Source of the DNA: a virus | Lineage: Duplodnaviria; Caudoviricetes | Length of the DNA stretch: 52,377 nucleotides | Reading direction: 5' to 3' (one strand) | IMG/VR virus record: IMGVR_UViG_3300017785_001504 | Coordinates: 1-52,377 of that record | Shown: positions 48,442 to 52,377 of the stretch, piece after piece | How positions within the stretch are numbered: the stretch's first letter is position 1 | Layout of the letters: each line of letters opens with the position of its first letter | Translations under genes and position numbers: made by a program | The notes under the pieces: generated by a model | The model's input: only the letters and a program-made list of their open reading frames with translations | The model's database searches: none | Told to the model about the DNA's origin: nothing

Positions 48442-48906
48442 TTAGTGATTTATTTGAAAGTGCATCCAATCGAAGTTCTTCTCACGACCAAGGCTTATGA
48501 AGCCATGCTTGTAAAAGATGTCTATCATGTCCTTGTACTCAGCGCGAGCAAAGCGTGCGGTCTTAGATGTCTCCTTTAATGTGTTACGCGCAGGGTCTAG
48601 GTCAATAGCAATACCCCAAGAGTGTGTACTCCAAGACGAACCACCGCGCATTTTACGGAAGTTAAAGCATCCCCCATAAAGGTCTATTCCTAGCTCAACA
48701 ATACGTTCATACCCGTAGGTAGCTAAAAGGTCGTTAAATACGGCTAAAAAGGCATCAGCGACGTCCTTGTGGCAACGCATCTTTGTTACCTTAGTGTCGA
48801 TATCCCATGCTATACGCATTGGGTAAGGAAGGTTGATTGTTTTTAGGTATGTGCCCTTCTCGTTAGGCTTACCGTACTTGGCTATAATTTGAGCTGTAGT
48901 TAACAT
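48442..48906 (-). CDS. Endolysin, M15-family peptidase
   Basis: FNFR..RGG, SxHSWGIAID, DWMHFQ. Confidence 0.9.
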   Translation of the reverse strand: MLTTAQIIAKYGKPNEKGTYLKTINLPYPMRIAWDIDTKVTKMRCHKDVADAFLAVFNDLLATYGYERIVELGIDLYGGCFNFRKMRGGSSWSTHSWGIAIDLDPARNTLKETSKTARFARAEYKDMIDIFYKHGFISLGREKNFDWMHFQINH

Positions 48907-48907
48907 A

Positions 48908-49333
48908 TTACTTCCACTTATCGCTTTCTCTCTTAAGCCCGGTCATGAACACCTTAAATTTTGTAATAAGGTCTATTCCTGTGACATCTTTATAGTTCTC
49001 ATTGATTGACTTCACCTCAGTGAATACGCAGAAGAATGCCACCGCCTTTGTGATCAATAACTCAACAGATATAAAGTGAGCAATAATGTCACCGGCAATA
49101 TACTTCTCTATCATATAGAAAAACAAAATCGCTCCTGAATACAGAAACGACTTTTGTACAGTAGCTATAAGTTTTTTACTTTGGAAGGATACCCAACCAT
49201 TCTTTTTAACAGATCTCCAGATACCGAACATGGCGTCAACAAAGATCGCCATCAACGATACCAAGATAAGTGGTACTGCTGGTGTAATCACCGTAAATAA
49301 TGCAGACAAAACAATTAGTGTGTTAGTTTTCAT
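48908..49333 (-). CDS. Holin
   Basis: Several TM segments, DxxxG and E.KSI.EN motifs; next to the endolysin. Confidence 0.8.
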   Translation of the reverse strand: MKTNTLIVLSALFTVITPAVPLILVSLMAIFVDAMFGIWRSVKKNGWVSFQSKKLIATVQKSFLYSGAILFFYMIEKYIAGDIIAHFISVELLITKAVAFFCVFTEVKSINENYKDVTGIDLITKFKVFMTGLKRESDKWK

Positions 49334-49755
49334 ACTAGCCTTTTAAACAATCTATAGCCTGTATAGATGATAACAAAGATAATAAAAATAGCCAACAGGT
49401 TGTTTAGTAGCTTCTTCCAAAACGGATACTTCTCATAGTACTTTACAGGCACCTTTCGCTCTACAATCTTGGTGACATATATCGGATCACACTTGCCTTG
49501 TATGTATACCTTCTTCTCCTTTGGGACATACCAAGCCTTTACGGTAACTCTATCTTTGGTGATAGTAATAGTGTCGGTCAGTTCTTTAATTGTAACCACA
49601 GTGTCTGTATGCACCTCTGGCACATATAGTGTGATGGTATCCCTGATCACTAGAGTATCCACAGTAAGTAACTCAGGGTGCTTCTCAACTAGGCGCGTGA
49701 AACGGGCCTTCGGGCTGCATGATGCAATCAATAGTGCAATTAAAATGTACCTCAT
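49330..49755 (-). CDS. Unimolecular spanin-like lipoprotein
   Basis: Lipobox LIASC (Cys13), beta-rich middle, C-terminal TM helix; in the lysis cassette. Confidence 0.7.
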   Translation of the reverse strand: MRYILIALLIASCSPKARFTRLVEKHPELLTVDTLVIRDTITLYVPEVHTDTVVTIKELTDTITITKDRVTVKAWYVPKEKKVYIQGKCDPIYVTKIVERKVPVKYYEKYPFWKKLLNNLLAIFIIFVIIYTGYRLFKRLV

Positions 49756-50393
49756 TAGTATATCTTATTAAGGATAAAAATATGACTGTATATGTTGTTT
49801 ATGGCATTATTTGACCCCCATTGAACGGTTATATCTAGTCCGTTAGCAACAGTTGTATCAAAAGTGGTATTGTTTAATGAGCTAAAGTCTTGTCCTTCAA
49901 ATGCATTAGATGAGTCCTTGGAGTAAGTCAAGGCACCGGACGTCATGATTTTTGCAACACCTGTTGCTCCTGTAGATCTAATCGTAAACAGAACGCTAAG
50001 ATCCCAATGCTTATTTGTAGTAGTAGGTAGTGTTATTAATCCAGAGTCACCTAATATAACTGAACCAGACTTAAGCTTAAACCTAATGGTGTCGTTATTT
50101 ACTGAGCTAATTATTCCGCTCATTTGAATAGAAAAGCTGTCACCTACCTGAAATGCATTTGCCGGGACAGATAGTGTGCCAACGCCTCCATCTATCACCG
50201 TTGTTTCAGCCGTAGTTGCTGTCACAGGTAAACTATTAGAAGTCTGGGCAAAAAGCTTTGACGCGCCTATAGTGCTAACTATATCTTGCATGGTATAAAT
50301 CTCACGCTGTGAGTTAGCTAATGCTGATCCCTTCTCCTGTGTTTGTACAAACCCAGGGACTGTGTGAAACTTCTGATCAAATGGTATCATCAC
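49755..50393 (-). CDS. Putative virion protein
   Basis: S/T/G-rich beta protein. Confidence 0.6.
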   Translation of the reverse strand: MMIPFDQKFHTVPGFVQTQEKGSALANSQREIYTMQDIVSTIGASKLFAQTSNSLPVTATTAETTVIDGGVGTLSVPANAFQVGDSFSIQMSGIISSVNNDTIRFKLKSGSVILGDSGLITLPTTTNKHWDLSVLFTIRSTGATGVAKIMTSGALTYSKDSSNAFEGQDFSSLNNTTFDTTVANGLDITVQWGSNNAINNIYSHIFILNKIY

Positions 50394-50587
50394 TCTGCTG
50401 GTGTATATGTGATTTGTTCAAGCTCAAGCAACTGCTCTCGAATCTCGCTAAAGTTCGGGTCATTCAAAACTTCAATTCCTACGATAAATCTACCGCTTCC
50501 ATCTTGTACAAATAGCAGTTCGCTTGCGTTATTCTTGTAGCCGTTCAAGGCATTGTATTGGTCTTGGTTTGGATGTAGAACTATCAT
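50390..50587 (-). CDS. Hypothetical protein
   Basis: 65 aa, ATGA-coupled on both sides. Confidence 0.65.
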   Translation of the reverse strand: MIVLHPNQDQYNALNGYKNNASELLFVQDGSGRFIVGIEVLNDPNFSEIREQLLELEQITYTPAE

Positions 50588-51366
50588 AAGCTATTTTTAT
50601 AGGTGTTCCAGTCGTTGATGAAGTTGGTGTGCTCTGCAATCATTGAAGCTCCCATTGCATAACCTGCGCAAGTATTTGTACTATAATTTGTCGATGAACG
50701 CAAAATCCATTGATTCGCTGAAGTCATCGCTGATGATGTTTGAGCTGCGATTTGCGCAGTCGTGCTATTGTACGCAGTTACTGCTGTTGAGGATGTTCTA
50801 TGGATTGATTTAGTATTTATAGTTGAATCAAAAGTAATCACAGGTGATGCAATATTTGAACCCGAATTAATACGTTGAGAACCCGACACCCCTAAAAATA
50901 TTGAGTTATTACCGCTTGTATTTCCATCAAATCTACCTATACCTAATGCGTGAGTAAAGAAGTAGCGAGATGCGTTGTTTTGAGTGTACTGAACTCCTTG
51001 AGTTACTGGGTTAAAATTTGTGTCGATGTAGCTGCTCGTGCCGTTGCCTTGTAATCCACCATTGCTTACAAAAGTAGGGGTATTAACGAGTGTTGATTGA
51101 TTAGCGTTAGGGTTCTTCCAGTTGAGCGTGCCAAAGTCTGCGCCACCATCTTGAGCGAACACATAGAACACATCCAGCTTCGCCCACACACCATCAGCTT
51201 TCATAGAGGTAAGCAATGTGTTCTGCTTGGCTTGCACCGATGCGCTTGGCAAGGTGTAGCCGAGAGTCGTGGCTCTATTCAAAATGGCTTGGTAGTCAGG
51301 ATCGTATGTTGGTCCACTAGGCCCACCACCACCGATAGCATTTCCTATAAAAATACCTATTGGCAT
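50584..51366 (-). CDS. Putative head/tail spike protein (lectin-like beta sandwich)
   Basis: IGI..G N-terminus, GNGTSSYIDT; follows the spike-base-like gene. Confidence 0.55.
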   Translation of the reverse strand: MPIGIFIGNAIGGGGPSGPTYDPDYQAILNRATTLGYTLPSASVQAKQNTLLTSMKADGVWAKLDVFYVFAQDGGADFGTLNWKNPNANQSTLVNTPTFVSNGGLQGNGTSSYIDTNFNPVTQGVQYTQNNASRYFFTHALGIGRFDGNTSGNNSIFLGVSGSQRINSGSNIASPVITFDSTINTKSIHRTSSTAVTAYNSTTAQIAAQTSSAMTSANQWILRSSTNYSTNTCAGYAMGASMIAEHTNFINDWNTYKNSL

Positions 51367-51367
51367 G

Positions 51368-51634
51368 TTACCAGAGAGCTAAAATGTTTGTAGCTGTTGT
51401 ACTTGTAGCAAATACTCTAGTCACTTGAACAGGAAGGAATGTTCCAGCCAATAGTCCTGTAAATGTAACGTCATCACCACCTGCTGTTTGCACTCTTAAA
51501 TTTCCAGCCCCACCTATGTACAAAACACAAGGCCATGATGGAGTAGTGCCGTCACCACCAATGTAAGGAATGTCTACGGTATTGCTTGGAGTGACAACTG
51601 CTGCTCTTTCTACCTGTAATTTTTGATATGCCAT
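51368..51634 (-). CDS. Spike base protein (RcGTA Rcc01079-like)
   Basis: VTPS..LYIGGAGNLRV..GDDVTF..AGTFLPVQV.RV.AT.TTA..ALW. Confidence 0.75.
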   Translation of the reverse strand: MAYQKLQVERAAVVTPSNTVDIPYIGGDGTTPSWPCVLYIGGAGNLRVQTAGGDDVTFTGLLAGTFLPVQVTRVFATSTTATNILALW

Positions 51635-51637
51635 GTC

Positions 51638-51898
51638 TTATTTTTTTACGCTCTTGCCGTTTGCACCGTTTCGAGCTCTGTTTTTACTTGGGTTTTCTTT
51701 TACAAATTTACCACTTTTTGTGGAACTCATATCGGGGCCACCCTTGCCGTAGATGCCATTGGCACGACGGGCAGCATTATGTTCAGACCGGTATTTCTTT
51801 CGCTCCGGAGTTGCGTTCAACTCACGCTGATACTCACGCCTCTTCTCCGCTGCCTTCGGGTTGGCCGCGTAGTACTTCGATGTCTTGCTTTGTCCCAT
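51638..51898 (-). CDS. Small basic protein, degenerate HNH-like
   Basis: G.GGPDMSS...SKNRARN. Confidence 0.6.
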   Translation of the reverse strand: MGQSKTSKYYAANPKAAEKRREYQRELNATPERKKYRSEHNAARRANGIYGKGGPDMSSTKSGKFVKENPSKNRARNGANGKSVKK

Positions 51899-52061
51899 AG
51901 AATAGTTTGTTTATTAATAGGTCTGGGTTGTTAAGAGAGGCCTGCCTCTCTTGACAGCCGCAGTCATCAGTTATACTCTCGACTACTGCTTTTATGCCGG
52001 TTGCCTCAGCTATAGCTGCTACAGTATCACCTAGACCTTTGTGTCTTTTTATTACGATCAT
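51834..52061 (-). CDS. Conserved small phage protein
   Basis: KGLGDTV..TGIK..DCGC.ER...LN motif. Confidence 0.75.
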   Translation of the reverse strand: MIVIKRHKGLGDTVAAIAEATGIKAVVESITDDCGCQERQASLNNPDLLINKLFYGTKQDIEVLRGQPEGSGEEA

Positions 52062-52377
52062 TTTTAAGAGGCTTATTGCTTACAGTGACTGGTTTAGTCT
52101 GCATACTTCTTTTTATACCTAAATCATCAAATTGAGTTAAATCAGCTGCTTTTTGAAGACGTCCACCATATTTACCAATTAATTTCGTACCTGTAGAAAA
52201 TTGCTTAATATTTCTAGCTTGTCTAGATGTCAATTGAACACCCTCTACAGCAGCTTTAGCTATTTTACCAGCTTTACCAACTTTACCAATAAGAGGAATA
52301 GCACCAAATACCTCAAGAGCAGTCTCTCCTGACATTAATCCGTTTTTCTTAACAGATCTATATACATCATCCCATGA
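52027..52377 (-). CDS. Hypothetical protein, 5'-truncated
   Basis: Frame stays open to the window edge (SWDDVYRSVKKNGLMSGETALEVFGAIPLIGKVGK...). Confidence 0.65.
   Translation of the reverse strand, partial: SWDDVYRSVKKNGLMSGETALEVFGAIPLIGKVGKAGKIAKAAVEGVQLTSRQARNIKQFSTGTKLIGKYGGRLQKAADLTQFDDLGIKRSMQTKPVTVSNKPLKNDRNKKTQRSR

Noticed and set aside
1-52377. Stop-codon reassignment, integrase, reverse transcriptase/DGR, introns or inteins
   Set aside because: Genes tile densely under the standard code with all three stops used; no such motifs seen, and terminase, capsid and helicases show no obvious interruptions.

Overview
About 52 kb of a tailed dsDNA phage, very probably infecting Bacteroidota (Flavobacterium-like host). 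This rests on TAnnTTTG promoter boxes, DUF3127 and BT4734-like genes, and a podovirus-type virion module resembling Cellulophaga phi38:1-like or crAss-related phages; all family calls are by motif recognition, not database search. The + strand arm (1-13.6 kb) has small early genes, recombination and replication genes (exonuclease, SSB, primase-helicase, SF2 helicase, VRR-NUC), ThyX, a metallophosphoesterase and an RNA-rich island at 9.5-11 kb. The - strand arm (13.6-52.4 kb) has lysis genes, terminase, portal, scaffold, capsid, tail/muzzle proteins, ejection proteins and a ~3900-aa modular protein. Most notable: (1) a poly-Thr, Cys-module virion protein translationally coupled to a glycosyltransferase resembling plant peptide O-glycosyltransferases (GT95/GT96), sitting between what look like two halves of the muzzle gene, suggesting a phage protein O-glycosylation system; (2) a tRNA-shaped RNA whose anticodon loop is replaced by a 13-bp stem and a 59-nt domain; (3) two ~60-nt antisense sRNAs, each with a promoter box and terminator; (4) a small gene nested out of frame inside the giant gene, whose modules are separated by repeated RKKQL-like linkers.
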